From Eledone cirrhosa (lineage: Eukaryota): 64,000 bases of DNA. The notes beneath the pieces were generated by a model. It had not been told where the DNA came from, did no database searches, and saw only the letters and a program-made list of their open reading frames with translations. The DNA lies in assembly GCA_964016885.1 (NCBI GenBank), contig CAXHJY010000861.1, forward strand, positions 248,001 to 312,000. The letters run 5' to 3'. The position numbers and the translations under genes were made by a program. Positions 41,539 to 54,967 of this stretch are shown one piece after another (within the stretch, counting starts at the first letter, position 1; every line of letters starts with the position of its first letter).

Positions 41539-41692
41539 CTTACTTGTTCGTATTACCCACTCTACTACCCTAAGTATTGAGTACTTTGGTGCGTTATGGT
41601 CCACCTGGTTCCTTACCACATTTCCTTTGTTATATATATATATATGTGTACATGTACATATATATATATATATGTACATATATATATATATA

Positions 41693-41732
<40 letters not shown>

Positions 41733-41846
41733 TATATGTACATGTATATATATATATATATATATGTGTACATACACATATATATATATATATATGTACA
41801 TGTATATATATATATATATGTACATGTATATATATATATATATGTA

Positions 41847-42298
41847 CATCATCATCACCGTTTTACGTCCGTTCTTCCACGCTAGCATGGGTTAGACGGG
41901 TTGTCCTGTTGTGGGCAGTGTCTGGTCGGCTGACCATGCCTTGCTCATACAGGAACTGATCTGGCTTGATTTCTACAGCTGGATGCCCTTCCTAACACCA
42001 ACCTCATTTACAGTGAGTGCTGGGTGCTTTTTCGTGGCGCCTACACGTCCACTTTACAGTGTGGGCTGGGTGCTTTTTTGCCGTGGCACCTCCACGACCA
42101 CCTTGCGGTGGGGGGGGGGGGCATATTGTTTATATGCTTCAGCATGTACCCATGGGAGGTCGGGTACCCTGTATTACTGCGTGACGCCAGAAGTCACGGT
42201 CGTGTGTCATTGACTTTGAGAGGTGTAGTTGGGTAAGGTCTGCTTTTATCACCTCATCCCAAGTCATCTTGGGTCTCCCCACTCCGCGGTTTCCATCA
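41847..42298 (-). mobile_element. RTE family B 3' end
   Basis: Matches 34640-35102. Confidence 0.9.
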
Positions 42299-42359
42299 TG
42301 TATATATATATATATATGTATATATATGTACATGTATATATTTATATATATATATATTG

Positions 42360-42399
<40 letters not shown>

Positions 42400-42437
42400 C
42401 ATATATGTACATGTATATATATATATATATATATATG

Positions 42438-42486
<49 letters not shown>

Positions 42487-42572
42487 GTACATGTATATAT
42501 ATACATGTATATATATATATATATATATATGTACATATATGTACATGTATATATTTATATATATATATATTG

Positions 42573-42620
<48 letters not shown>

Positions 42621-42658
42621 CATATATGTACATGTATATATATATATATATATATATG

Positions 42659-42711
<53 letters not shown>

Positions 42712-42734
42712 GTACATGTATATATATATATATG

Positions 42735-42825
<91 letters not shown>

Positions 42826-42858
42826 GTATATATATATATACATGTACATATATATATA
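42299..42858. repeat. Variant (TA)n microsatellite with internal higher-order duplication
   Basis: Direct reading. Confidence 0.97.
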
Positions 42859-43674
42859 TTGTATGATGCCTGCATACGAACAGCAATGTTGCATGGCAGT
42901 GAGACCTGGGCATTGTGTGCAAAGGATATACGCAGACTGGAGAGAAACGAAGCTTGCATGCTCCGCTGGATGTGTAATAGTAATAAACGTGAACGGCAAA
43001 GCATAAACGAACTAAGGAAAAAATTAGAAATAAGAGGGATCAGATGTTGTTTACTCGAGAGAAGGCTACGTTGGTACGGTCACGTGATGCGCATGAAAGA
43101 CAACAGCTGTATAGCAAAGTGCAGGGCAATAAAGATAGATGGTAGCCACGGAGTAGGCAGACCCAGAAAGACCTGGGACGAGCTGATAAACTCCGACCTC
43201 ACACACTTACACCTCTCCAAGACAATGTCACTGGACCGAGACCTTTGGCGGTACTCAGTAATAGAGAAGACACGCCTTACCTAAATACAAAGTAAAACCT
43301 ACTACAGTCGGCAGGCATCTCTAACAAAATACACCCCCGTCCCACCACCCCCACCTCATCCACACTGCCCCTTTCAATGTAAAGTTATGTTGGTGCCATA
43401 ACATCCAGGCCGAAACATATGAGATCGTGTAGGTGTCATGACAAAAAAAAACACACAGTCCACACTGTAATGTGGCCGTGTAGGTAACACGGTAAAAACC
43501 TCCCAGACCCACACTGTAAATGTGGTTGGTGTTAGGAAGGGCATTCAACTGTAGAAAACCCGCCAGACAGTCCTATGTGAGCAAGACAACCACTCTTGCC
43601 TCAAGTGGGAAAACTCGCGTCCAAACCCATGCAAGCGTGGAACATGGACGTTAAACGATGATGATGATGATGAT
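42859..43674 (+). mobile_element. RTE family A 3' fragment with (GAT)n tail
   Basis: [17 protein letters not shown]...EKTRLT* plus 3' UTR. Confidence 0.93.
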
Positions 43675-43698
43675 ATATATATACATATATATATATAC

Positions 43699-43771
<73 letters not shown>

Positions 43772-44051
43772 CATATATATATACATAGATATATATATAC
43801 ATATATATATATATACATTATATATATATACATATATATATATACACATATATATATACACATATATATATATACACATATATATATATACACATATATA
43901 TATATACACATATATATATATACACATATATATATACACATATATATATATACACATATATATATATACACATATATATATATACACATATATATATATA
44001 CACATATATATATATACACATATATATATATACACATATATATATATACAC

Positions 44052-44108
<57 letters not shown>

Positions 44109-44138
44109 CATATATATATATACATATATATATATATA

Positions 44139-44425
44139 GCGGCGATGAATTAGTTTTGCGAGGTTTTTTATATGAAATCGTGTGTCGAAACAGATATTGT
44201 TATATTTGGGGAGGGTCATATTTGCGTAATATTGCCAGAATTAATAACAGAACACACTCACTGTTTGGTTGGTTTTCGCTTCTCGCTGTCTTTTATATAT
44301 ATATATCTGCGATCTAGCTTACTCGGTCCTCAATGTGCAACGAAAGATTTATGTAAACTATATATATATGTGTTTGTCTATATTGTATCTGTATTATTTT
44401 TGACCGCCGGTCAGTCAATGGCAAC
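44139..44425 (-). repeat. Unclassified fragment sharing a ~110 bp module with the PLE4 extreme 3' terminus
   Basis: TGAAATCGTGTGT(T/C)GAAAC(C/A)GATATTGTTATA..TTGGG.AGGGTCAT at 17402-17449 and 44173-44219. Confidence 0.6.
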
Positions 44426-44491
44426 ATATACATATATACATATATACATACATATATACATACATATATATATACATATATACATACATAT

Positions 44492-45103
44492 ATGGTGGCT
44501 GCCAACTCGTTTTCGAGTACGGCCACTACTTTATATCCATGTAGGAGAACCCCTACCGATGCGCTGAACGAATGTGACTTTTTAGTCGAGCCAGCGACTT
44601 GAAAACTCTGGTACAAAGACTACACTTGTGACCATTATTGACACATAGTGCAGGGCCCATGGTACCATGTGATGACAAGTGCAGAGAGATCTCCAGATAT
44701 AAAGCAATGCCTGTGCCGTGAAGCTTTTATAGTGAGCAAAGGCACTGCACAAAGCCAGTCCCACTCTCTTAACCAAGATGATATTTACCAAAAAGAAGAA
44801 CAAGTCAACATCATTGGATACCATCAGGGTTGCAGGTGTTATATCAGAGTTTTCCTTCTCCTAGAATTCTGCCTTGACAAAGGCTAAGGGGTCATCTCTC
44901 CCGGTGATTTTGGATGGCTATTGAGTCTTAAGAGCTCCCTTGCCCTTTGACAGGTTTTGTTTTTAGTCCTGCAGGATGTCCAAAGTCACCCTCCTCACCA
45001 AGAAACCTTGGTGGGGTTGCCAGTTTAGTCACCAACGACCCGACCATGAGAAAGGTTGTACTGGGATACATGTTACCAGTAGCACCAACTGGTGACCTGA
45101 CAT
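44492..45103 (-). mobile_element. Unclassified ~0.6 kb interspersed element (second copy 53263-53672)
   Basis: Two similar copies share one end (ATGGTGGCTGCCAACTCG) abutting (TA)n; no recognisable protein; strand inferred from truncation pattern. Confidence 0.6.
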
Positions 45104-45122
45104 AACATATATATATACATAT

Positions 45123-45410
45123 ATCATCATCATCATCATCACCGTTTTACGTCCGTTCTTCCACGCTAGCATGGGTTAGACGGGTTGTCCTGTTGTGGGC
45201 AGTGTCTGGTCGGCTGACCATGCCTTGCTCATACAGGAACTGATCTGGCTTGATTTCTACAGCTGGATGCCCTTCCTAACACCAACCTCATTTACAGTGA
45301 GTGCTGGGTGCTTTTTCGTGGCGCCTACACGTCCACTTTACAGTGTGGGCTGGGTGCTTTTTTGCCGTGGCACCTCCACGACCACCTTGCGGTGGGGGGA
45401 GTGGGGGCAT
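45123..45410 (-). mobile_element. RTE family B 3' end
   Basis: Matches 34256-34540. Confidence 0.9.
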
Positions 45411-45431
45411 ATATATGTATATATGTAAATA

Positions 45432-45469
<38 letters not shown>

Positions 45470-45510
45470 AGCTTACATATATATATATAGATATATATAT
45501 TTATATATAC

Positions 45511-45551
<41 letters not shown>

Positions 45552-45719
45552 AATTAATAAGGTAATGAATTCTTTTACAATGGAATCAGCTCGAATGAGG
45601 AAAAATATCCCCTGAGCAGTGTATAAATTAATATGTAAGTGATGAAACACAGATACCAACATATCTGTATATATATTTCAAATATATGTATGTATACATA
45701 CATACATACATATATATAC

Positions 45720-45752
<33 letters not shown>

Positions 45753-45897
45753 CATACATACTTATATACATATATATATACATATATACATACATACATA
45801 CTTATATACATATATATATACATATATACATACATACTTATATACATATATATATATATATACATATATACATACATATATACATATATATATATAT

Positions 45898-48362
45898 ACC
45901 AACAAGAGGCGAAAATGTCCTGGACCTCTGTTTTACAAACAACGAAGTGCTCATCCACAATGTAAAGGTGACACCAACAATTCTCTCGGATCATAACTTA
46001 GTAGTGCTAATGATATGTGGTCCAAGAGAACCAACAGAGACAAAACCACCAAGAAGCTCCGGGACGCTATCCAGCCTTAACTTCTACAAGGCTAACTGGA
46101 AAAAGATTAAGAGTGAAATCCGGAAGCAAACATGGAGTGAAAACACCGCCACACAAGACACTAACACACAATTTCAACACTTCATGACAACGATACACAC
46201 TGTGTGCAAAAAGTTTGTCCCGGAGAAAGAGGCAAACAGACACAAAAATCTTATTCCCAGAGATAGGAAAATCCTTATGAGACGTAGAACTAAACTCTCA
46301 AACAAGTTGAATAGTCAACAAAACAAAAACAAGAAGGAATCCTATTTGAAACGTGCACTACTTGACACCGAGATTGCACTCAAACTTTCACATGAGAATG
46401 AGAGGGCAAAGAAAGAGAACAGGGCCATAGAAAACATTAAAACAAACCCTAAGGCCTTCTTTAAATTTGCAAAAGAAACTGCCTCAGTACACTGCAAGAT
46501 TGGGCCACTCTTCCACACGGTTCATTAACCAAAAACGCCCCAAGAGATATGTGAAATACTGAACAAACAGTACAAATGTGTCTTCACATGACCACTGAGG
46601 CACATGCAAATAACGAAGCCAGAGGAGTTCTTTGATGCCACAACACTACATCAAGAAATGGCAACCATCAACCACATAGACATAACGGAGGAGGATGTGG
46701 TGTACGCCATTGATGAAATTAGAACAGACTCGGCTGCTGGACCTGATGGATTCCCAGCAGTTCTCTTAAAAATATGTAAGCGGGCCTTAGCAACTCCACT
46801 GAAGATGCTCTTCAGAAGCTCCTTGGCTAGCGGTGTACTACCCAGGGAGCTGAAAGAAGGCACAATATGCCCTATCCATAAAGGAGGTAGTAGAGTGGAG
46901 GCCAAGAACTATAGGCCAGTCTCCCTGACGTCGCATATCAGTAAGGTCATGGAGCGAGTCGTCAGAAAGAAACTAATCACTTTCCTCAAAGAAAATGACC
47001 GCCTGACTAGCACGCAACTTGGCTTCCGCCCAGGAAGAAGCTGCCTTACACAGCTGCTACATCACTACGACTGGGTACTGAGACAACTACTAGACAGCTC
47101 ACATGTGGACCTGATATATCTTGACTTTGCGAAGGCCTTTGACAAGGTCGACCACGGAATGTTGTCACAAACTACACGGACTCGGCATAACTGGAAAAGT
47201 AGGTGAGTGGCTGCATGGCTTCCTAAGGGACAGAAGCCAGGCAGTCGCAGCAAATAGGGCCCTCTCGAGGGAAACACCGATAACAAGTGGGGTGCCCCAG
47301 GGGACAGTCCTGGGACCACTACTGTTTTTGGTGGCTCTCTCGGACATGCCCTCTGTGGTGCATGCAACAACATCCCTCACTAGCTATGCTGATGACACTA
47401 AGGTAGCACAGGCAATCAAAAACCCGGCTGACGCTGCCCTTTTACAGCAGGATCTGGATGGCATATACAGATGGGCAGAAGAAAACAACATACAGTTTAA
47501 TGTTGGCAAATTCCAAGCCCTACAATACAAACCTGCAAACACAAATATAGTGGAACACAGCTACACAGGACCAGGAGGGACCGATATCCCCGTGTCAAAA
47601 TCGATACGAGACCTGGGCATAGACATGAGCGATGATGCATCTTTTTCTTCACACATCATGAAAGTGGCGACAACGTGCAGACGGCTCGCTGGCTGGATCT
47701 TGAGGACTTTCCGGACAAGAGATCAAGACACCATGTTGACACTGTGGAGGACTTTTGTCCTAAGCCGCCGGGACTACTGCTCCCAGTTGTGGTCACCCCA
47801 TAGTGTCAAATTAACCACAGAGCTTGAGGCAATCCAGCGCAGCTACACCAAGAGGATTGCCAAGATGAGGGAGACAAGCTACTGGGAGAGGCTAAAGGAA
47901 CTGAACCTCTACTCCTTGGAGCGAAGACAGGAGAGATACGCAGTGATCTACATGTGGAAAATCCTGGAGGGACTAGCACCAAACTTTGGCATTGGGAGCT
48001 GGACCAACCGTCGAACAGGACGTCACTGTGTGGTGCCAAAGGTCCCGTCTTCCACATCTAGAATAAGGAGCAGGTATTGCAATAGCCTGGGATTCAAGGG
48101 CCCTCAACTCTTCAACAGGCTGCCGAGGCATCTGAGAGACTTGCATGACGTGGAGGTGGATGTCTTTAAGAAACATCTCAACACCTTGTTATCCAGGATC
48201 CCGGATGAGCCCACAGCAAGACACGAGGGAAACCTAAGGGCAGCAGCAACAAACTCCCTCTTACACCAGTGGCCAACCTATACAGGCTGGAGATAAAATG
48301 TGTAGCAACAAGGGCGGTGCCCCAGCATGGCCTCAGCCGGATGGCTGAAACAGGAAAAAGAG
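45898..48362 (+). mobile_element. CR1-group LINE family 2, 5'-truncated, frameshifted
   Basis: [46 protein letters not shown]; 3' stem-loop TCAGCC-GGAT-GGCTGA. Confidence 0.92.
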
Positions 48363-48550
48363 TATACATACATACATATATACGTATATATATATATATA
48401 AATATATACATACATACATATATACATATATATATACATACATACATATATACATATATATATACATACATACATACATATATACATATATATATACATA
48501 CATACATATATACATACATACATACATACATATATACATACATACATATA

Positions 48551-48582
<32 letters not shown>

Positions 48583-48619
48583 CATACATATATACATATA
48601 TATATACATATATATATAT

Positions 48620-51600
48620 ATTCTACTTCTTATAAACTACTTTAAATATATATATCATGCTACCTCGAAAGTCAAAAATCCCGCTCATACACCCTTCACC
48701 CACCATCTTCTTCATGAGGGGTTGCGGTCAGCCACTCTCTCTCTCTCTCTCCCCCTTCCCACTCTCTCTCTCTCTTCCCCTTCCCCCCCTCTCTCTCTCT
48801 CTCTTAGCTACACACACACACATATATATATATATAAGATAAATTCCCGTTCATGTTTATTCACTTTCGCCAAACAATTGCTGCTTCAACTATTCCTACT
48901 ACGGTGTACCCATGTAATCGTAACGTTCACGTTTTTCCTATCTACTCCACGCCACAATTTCGTACATAGTCCAAACATCCAATCTCGCAAAATCCGAAAT
49001 CTGTATTTTTTGTTAATTATTAAGGTTTAAATACGGAGTTTTTGTCGTATTGAACAGAACAAATCTTGCAGTTTTGCTTTTTGTTAATCGCTTGTTAAAC
49101 ATTCATAACCTTCCAGCTAGCTACCCCACACCCCTCCCACCCGCCCCCACACACCACCATTCTTAATACGTGGACCAATCATAAGCCAGAGACCCCCCCC
49201 ACACGCATCACCATTATTATTATTATAAGCCAGAGACCCCCCCCCCCCACACGCATCACCATTATTATTATTACGCGGACCAATCATAAGCCAGAGGCCT
49301 ATACTATCGCTTGCACGGTTGCCTTCGATATATGATGGATGGATGGATGGATGGACGGACTGCGGAATCCTGGAGAGTGGAAGGGAGAGAAAAATCTGGA
49401 CGCTCAGAGCGAAAATGCCAAAGTTAAAGTCAAATTCACCTCGTGGACGAGAATGCGAGCACTCCTCTTTGTTTCGCCCGCGGATGGCTAACATAACCCC
49501 ATCTCCCCCCGCCCCCCACCACCCCCACCCTCCAAACGCAATCCAAAACTTCAGAGTTGGTACCATAAATGTAGGCACCCTAAAGGGTCGCGCTGACGAG
49601 GTTGTAGAGATGCTTGAACGTAAGGAGGTCGATGTTTGTTGTATTCAAGAGACCAGGTGGAGGGGTGGGTCTGCTAGATTCATTGAGGGTAAAAAACAAT
49701 GTTATAAGCTTTTCTGGGTGGGAAACGACGATGGGCTGGGTGGAGTAGGAATCATGGTAGCAGAAAAGTGGGCAGATAAGATAATAGACGTAAATAGAGT
49801 GAACGACAGAATAATTAAAATACGACTTGTCCTCAATAGAACTACGGTGACAGTAATATCTGCGTACGCACCCCAATCCGGACTGCCCGGCACTATAAAA
49901 GACAGATTCTATGAGACACTGATGCTCACTACCTCCCAAATATCTGACAGTGACTATATAATTATTGCAGGCGACCTAAATGGTCACGTTGGACAACATT
50001 GTGACGGCTACGACGAAATCCATGGAGGCTATGGGTTTGGTACTAGAAATGAGGAAGGCTCCAGAATCCTGGAATTCTGTGATGCAAATAACCTAACTAT
50101 CTGTAACACTAACTTCAAAAAACGTGACAATCACCTGATCACCTATAGATCCGGGGAACACACAAGCCAGGTAGATTATATCCTTACCAGAAGACGTGAC
50201 AGAGTGTCTGTTGTAAACACTAAATCCCTCCCCCATGAAGAATGCACCTCCCAACATAGACTGATAATTAGCGACCTCATAGTCAGGACGAGACGTACTC
50301 GACAGCAGAAGAGGACTATCCTCAGGAGAAAAATATGGAAGCTAAAGGACCCCACAGCCAAAAATAAATTTCAAAACATATTACTTGATGCTTTCGACAG
50401 TAAGGAAGAACATTTAGAGTCGGACAATATAGAGGGACAGTGGGAATTTCTGAAAGCAAACCTGCTGTTGGCGACAGACGAAGTCTGTGGCTGGAGCAGG
50501 CCTGTAGGCAGGAGGAGAGTAACATGGTGGTGGAACAGTAAGGTGGAGGGGTCAATTAAGGCCAAAAAGCAGGCTTGGAAAGTATGGCGGGATGGGGGAA
50601 GTAGAGTAGACTATCAAGTGGCCAGGAGGGAAGCTAGGAGAGAAGTGTACTTAGCAAGAAGGGAAGCTGAGGAAAGAAAGTTCAAGCATGTTCTACAACG
50701 CGATGACCAAAAACGTGAGGTGTTCAGGATTGCTAGGCAATGCGTCAAGGAAAACCGTGATATTGTCGGGGAGAAGTGTGTACTTAACGATGATGGCATA
50801 CTTGCCATCACCGACACTGATAAGAAGGTAGCTTGGAAGTGTCACTATGAAAGGCTACTAAATGAGGAGAATAAATGGGAGAAAGACAGTCTCCCCCATA
50901 TCGACCCAATAGAGGGACCAGCAGTGTTAGTCGAGGGGAGTATAATAAGTAAGGCAATCAAGGATATGAAGACAGGTAAGGCGGCTGGGCCTTCAGAAAT
51001 AGTTGCTGAGATGCTGAAGGCATCTGGCACGGTGGGACACACCATGGTCACTCGCATAGTTAACCATGTCGTACAGAATGGGGTTGTTCCGAAGGACTGG
51101 CATAGCAGCATCATCGTTAACTGTTATAAGGGTAAAGGAGACGCCCTAGATAGGAGTAACTATAGAGGCATTAAATTAATCGACCAGGTCATGGAGGTCA
51201 CGGAAAAAGTAATAGCGCAACTAATCAGAGAGAGAATTGACCTAGATGAAATGCAGTTCGGGTTTGTGTCAGGCAAAAGTACCACAGACGCTCTTTTCAT
51301 AGTACGACAACTACAGGAGAAGTTCCTAGCTAAAGGTAAACGCCTCTACTTAGCTTTTGTCGACTTGGAGAAAGCCTTCGACAGAGTCCCCCGCTCCATT
51401 ATCTGGTGGGCTCTTAGAAAACTAGGCGTTGACGAATGGCTTGTGAGGGCTATACAAGCCATGTATAAAGAAACAGTCAGCAAGGTTAGAATTAACAACG
51501 AATATAGTGAAGAGTTTAGCGTAAAAGTTGGCGTCCATCAGGGCTCTGTTCTCAGCCCCCTACTATTTATTATTGCCCTTCAGGCTATAACAGAGGAGTT

Positions 51601-52953
51601 CAAGACAGGCTGCCCATGGGAACTCCTATACGCAGACGACCTGACACTCATAGCGGAATCAATGGCCGAGCTAGAGAAGAAATTCCAAACATGGAAGCAC
51701 GGCCTAGAGTCAAAAGGACTTAAAATTAACCTGGCTAAGACCAAAGTTCTAGTTTGTAGGAAAGAAAACAAGGCGGCGGTCCCTTCTGGGAAATGGTCGT
51801 GCTCGATGTGTAGGAAAGGCGTTGGTAGAAACTCCATTTTATGTCCTAAATGCAAAGTATGGGTGCATAAAAGATGTAGTGGGATCACAGGTAAGCTAAC
51901 TAAGAACATAGATTTTACATGTGGCCGGTGTTCTGGTGCAATAAGTAGCAGCAAGTGCCCACAAAATACTAGCTCTTTCAATTGCGCAGAGGGTTCTATA
52001 GAAATAGTGGACAGCTTCCGTTACCTGGGCGATAAAATCAGCAGTGGGGGAGGGTGCTCTGAAAGTACTGTAGCTAGAGTCAGAACTGGTTGGAAAAAGT
52101 TCAGAGAGCTTATACCACTATTAGCTGCTAAAGGGTTCTCCCTAAAAATGAAAGGCAGGTTGTACGATGCCTACATACGAACAGCAATGTTGCATGGCAG
52201 TGAGACCTGGGCATTGTGTGCAGAGGATATACGCAGACTAGAGAGGAACGAAGCTTGCATGCTCCGCTGGATGTGTAACAGTAATATACGTGAACGGCAA
52301 AGCAGAAACGAACTAAGGAAAAAATTAGAGATAAGAGGAATCAGATGTTGTTTACTCGAGAGAAGGCTACGTTGGTATGGACACGTGATGCGCATGAAAG
52401 TCGATAGCTGTATAACAAAGTGCAGGGCAATAAAGATAGACGGTAGCCACAGAATAGGCAGACCTAGAAAAACCTGGGACGAGCTGATAAACTCCGACCT
52501 CACACACTTACACCTCTCCAAGACAATGTCACTGGACCGAGACCTTTGGCGGTACTCAGTAACAGAGAAGACCCGCCTTGCCAGTAGGCATCTCTAACAA
52601 AATACACCCCGTCCCGCCACCACCCCCACCCCATCCACACCACCCCGTTCTATGTAAAGATATGTTGGTGCCGCGCCATCCAGGCCGAAACAAATGAGAT
52701 CGTGTAGGTGTCACGACAAAAAAACACACAGTCCACGCTGTAATGTGGCCGTGTAGGTAACACGGTAAAAACCTCCCAGACCCACACTGTAAATGTGGTT
52801 GGTGTTAGGAAGGGCATCCAACTGTAGAAAACCTGCCAGACAGTCCTATGCGAGCAAGACAATCACTCTTGCCTCAAGTGGGACTACCCCCGTCCAAACC
52901 CATGCAAGCGTGGAACACGGACGTTAAACGTTGATGATGATGATGATGATGAT
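48620..52953 (+). mobile_element. RTE family A, apparently full-length: long 5' UTR, single ORF, 3' UTR, (GAT)n tail, flanked by (TA)n
   Basis: Contains intact ORF; ends compared with the other family A copies; 5' boundary approximate. Confidence 0.93.
49415..52597 (+). CDS. RTE LINE polyprotein: APE endonuclease, reverse transcriptase, inserted PHD finger
   Basis: Uninterrupted frame; GTINV, IQETRW, YAPQ, GDLNGHVG, VDYIL, FVDLEKAFD, HQGSVLSP, YADD; ATG MPKLK conserved across copies; small 3' deletion alters the last residues. Confidence 0.92.
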   Translation: MPKLKSNSPRGRECEHSSLFRPRMANITPSPPAPHHPHPPNAIQNFRVGTINVGTLKGRADEVVEMLERKEVDVCCIQETRWRGGSARFIEGKKQCYKLFWVGNDDGLGGVGIMVAEKWADKIIDVNRVNDRIIKIRLVLNRTTVTVISAYAPQSGLPGTIKDRFYETLMLTTSQISDSDYIIIAGDLNGHVGQHCDGYDEIHGGYGFGTRNEEGSRILEFCDANNLTICNTNFKKRDNHLITYRSGEHTSQVDYILTRRRDRVSVVNTKSLPHEECTSQHRLIISDLIVRTRRTRQQKRTILRRKIWKLKDPTAKNKFQNILLDAFDSKEEHLESDNIEGQWEFLKANLLLATDEVCGWSRPVGRRRVTWWWNSKVEGSIKAKKQAWKVWRDGGSRVDYQVARREARREVYLARREAEERKFKHVLQRDDQKREVFRIARQCVKENRDIVGEKCVLNDDGILAITDTDKKVAWKCHYERLLNEENKWEKDSLPHIDPIEGPAVLVEGSIISKAIKDMKTGKAAGPSEIVAEMLKASGTVGHTMVTRIVNHVVQNGVVPKDWHSSIIVNCYKGKGDALDRSNYRGIKLIDQVMEVTEKVIAQLIRERIDLDEMQFGFVSGKSTTDALFIVRQLQEKFLAKGKRLYLAFVDLEKAFDRVPRSIIWWALRKLGVDEWLVRAIQAMYKETVSKVRINNEYSEEFSVKVGVHQGSVLSPLLFIIALQAITEEFKTGCPWELLYADDLTLIAESMAELEKKFQTWKHGLESKGLKINLAKTKVLVCRKENKAAVPSGKWSCSMCRKGVGRNSILCPKCKVWVHKRCSGITGKLTKNIDFTCGRCSGAISSSKCPQNTSSFNCAEGSIEIVDSFRYLGDKISSGGGCSESTVARVRTGWKKFRELIPLLAAKGFSLKMKGRLYDAYIRTAMLHGSETWALCAEDIRRLERNEACMLRWMCNSNIRERQSRNELRKKLEIRGIRCCLLERRLRWYGHVMRMKVDSCITKCRAIKIDGSHRIGRPRKTWDELINSDLTHLHLSKTMSLDRDLWRYSVTEKTRLASRHL

Positions 52954-53228
52954 ATATACATATATATATATATACATACATATATAAATAAATATATATA
53001 TATATATACATACATATATACAAATATATATACATACATACATATATACAAATATATATACATACATACAAATATACATATATACATATTTTAAAAAAAT
53101 ATATATACATACATACATATATACATATATATATATATACATACATATATACAAATATATATACATACATATATACAAATATATATACATACATACATAT
53201 ATACATATATATATATATACATATATAC

Positions 53229-53262
<34 letters not shown>

Positions 53263-53264
<2 letters not shown>

Positions 53265-53672
53265 GGTGGCTGCCAACTCGTTTTCGAGTACGGCCACTAC
53301 TTTATATCCATGTAGGAGAACCGCTACTGATGCGCTGAACGAGTGTGACTTTTTAATCCAGCCTGCGACATGAAAACTCTGGTACAAACACTACACCTGT
53401 AACAATTATTGACACATAGTGCTGGGCCCATGGTACCATGTGACGACAAGTGCAGAGAGATCTCCAGATATAAAGCAATGCCTGTGCAGTGAAGCTTTTA
53501 TAGTGAGCAAAGGCACTGCACAAAGCCAGTCCCACTCTCTTAACCAAGATGATATTTACCAAAAAGAAGAACAAGTCAACATCATTGGATACCATCAGAG
53601 TTGCAGGTGTTATATCAGAGTTTTCATTCTCCTAGAATTCTGCCTTGACAAAGGCTAAGGGGTCATCTCTCC
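53263..53672 (-). mobile_element. Truncated copy of the 44492-45103 element
   Basis: Colinear with 44492-44902. Confidence 0.65.
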
Positions 53673-53729
53673 ATATATATATATATACATACATACATAT
53701 ATACATATATACATACATACATATATACA

Positions 53730-53770
<41 letters not shown>

Positions 53771-53791
53771 ATACATATATACATATATACA

Positions 53792-53827
<36 letters not shown>

Positions 53828-53977
53828 TACATACATATATACATATATATATATATACATACATATATATATACATATATATATATATACATACATATAT
53901 ACATATATACATACATATATATATACATACATATATATATATATATACATACATACATATATATACATACATACATA

Positions 53978-54009
<32 letters not shown>

Positions 54010-54040
54010 CATATATACATATATATATATATACATACAT

Positions 54041-54219
54041 ATCATCATTTTCATTTCATTTTACGTCCGCTTTTTCCCTGCTTGCAAGGGTGGGACGGGA
54101 ACTGATGCTGGCTTGATTTCGACAGCTGGATGCCCTTCCTAACACCAACCTCATTTACAGTGAGTGCTGGGTGCTTTCTTGCTGTGGCACCTCCACGACC
54201 ACTTTGCAGTGGAATGATA
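54041..54219 (-). mobile_element. SINE 3' half (family of 59818-60158)
   Basis: Reverse complement matches 59981-60145 with RTE-C type tail. Confidence 0.85.
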
Positions 54220-54345
54220 TGTATATATATATATATATGTATGTATATATATATATATATGTATGTATATGTATAGATGTATGTATATATATATGTATGT
54301 ATATATATATGTATGTATGTATATGTATATATGTATGTATGTATG

Positions 54346-54379
<34 letters not shown>

Positions 54380-54546
54380 CATACATATATACATATATAT
54401 ATATACATACATATATACATATATATATATATACATACATATATACATATATATATATATACATACATATATACATATATATATATATACATACATATAT
54501 ACATATATATATATACATACATACATACATACATATATATATATAT

Positions 54547-54579
<33 letters not shown>

Positions 54580-54758
54580 TATATACATACATACATACAT
54601 ATATACATATACATACATACATACATATATACATATACATACATACATATATATATACATACATATATATATACATACATATATACATATACATACATAC
54701 ATATATATATATATACATACATATATATATATACATATATATACATATATATATATAC

Positions 54759-54789
<31 letters not shown>

Positions 54790-54967
54790 GATATATACAT
54801 ATATATATATATACATACATGTATATATATATATACATACATATATATATATACATATATATATATACATATACATATATATATATACATATATATATAT
54901 ATACATATACATATATATATATACATATATACATATACATATATATATATACATATATTTTTTTTTT

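Larger units (their letters stand above)
37988..41631 (-). mobile_element. Penelope-like element 5, frameshifted RT + GIY-YIG (39362-41378), ~1.35 kb 3' region, inverted 3'-end copy (arms 37989-38159 / 41379-41549)
   Basis: DKTGN, TLKDHK, RLINP, FIQFDIESYYASI, LYRDDGL, NFLDVTL, IYQC..AYIGLT, CNLCSEE. Confidence 0.93.

Noticed and set aside
44255-44337. Possible minus-strand HHR (TTGAGGA...GCGAAA)
   Set aside because: No credible stem III or cleavage triplet
45552-45680. Short unique-looking island between TA tracts
   Set aside because: No ORF, repeat partner or motif recognised; cannot be assigned
19611-52521. Recurrent antisense ORFs ([11 protein letters not shown]..., MKELVFCGH...)
   Set aside because: Shadows of the RTE coding strand, repeated only because the element is repeated
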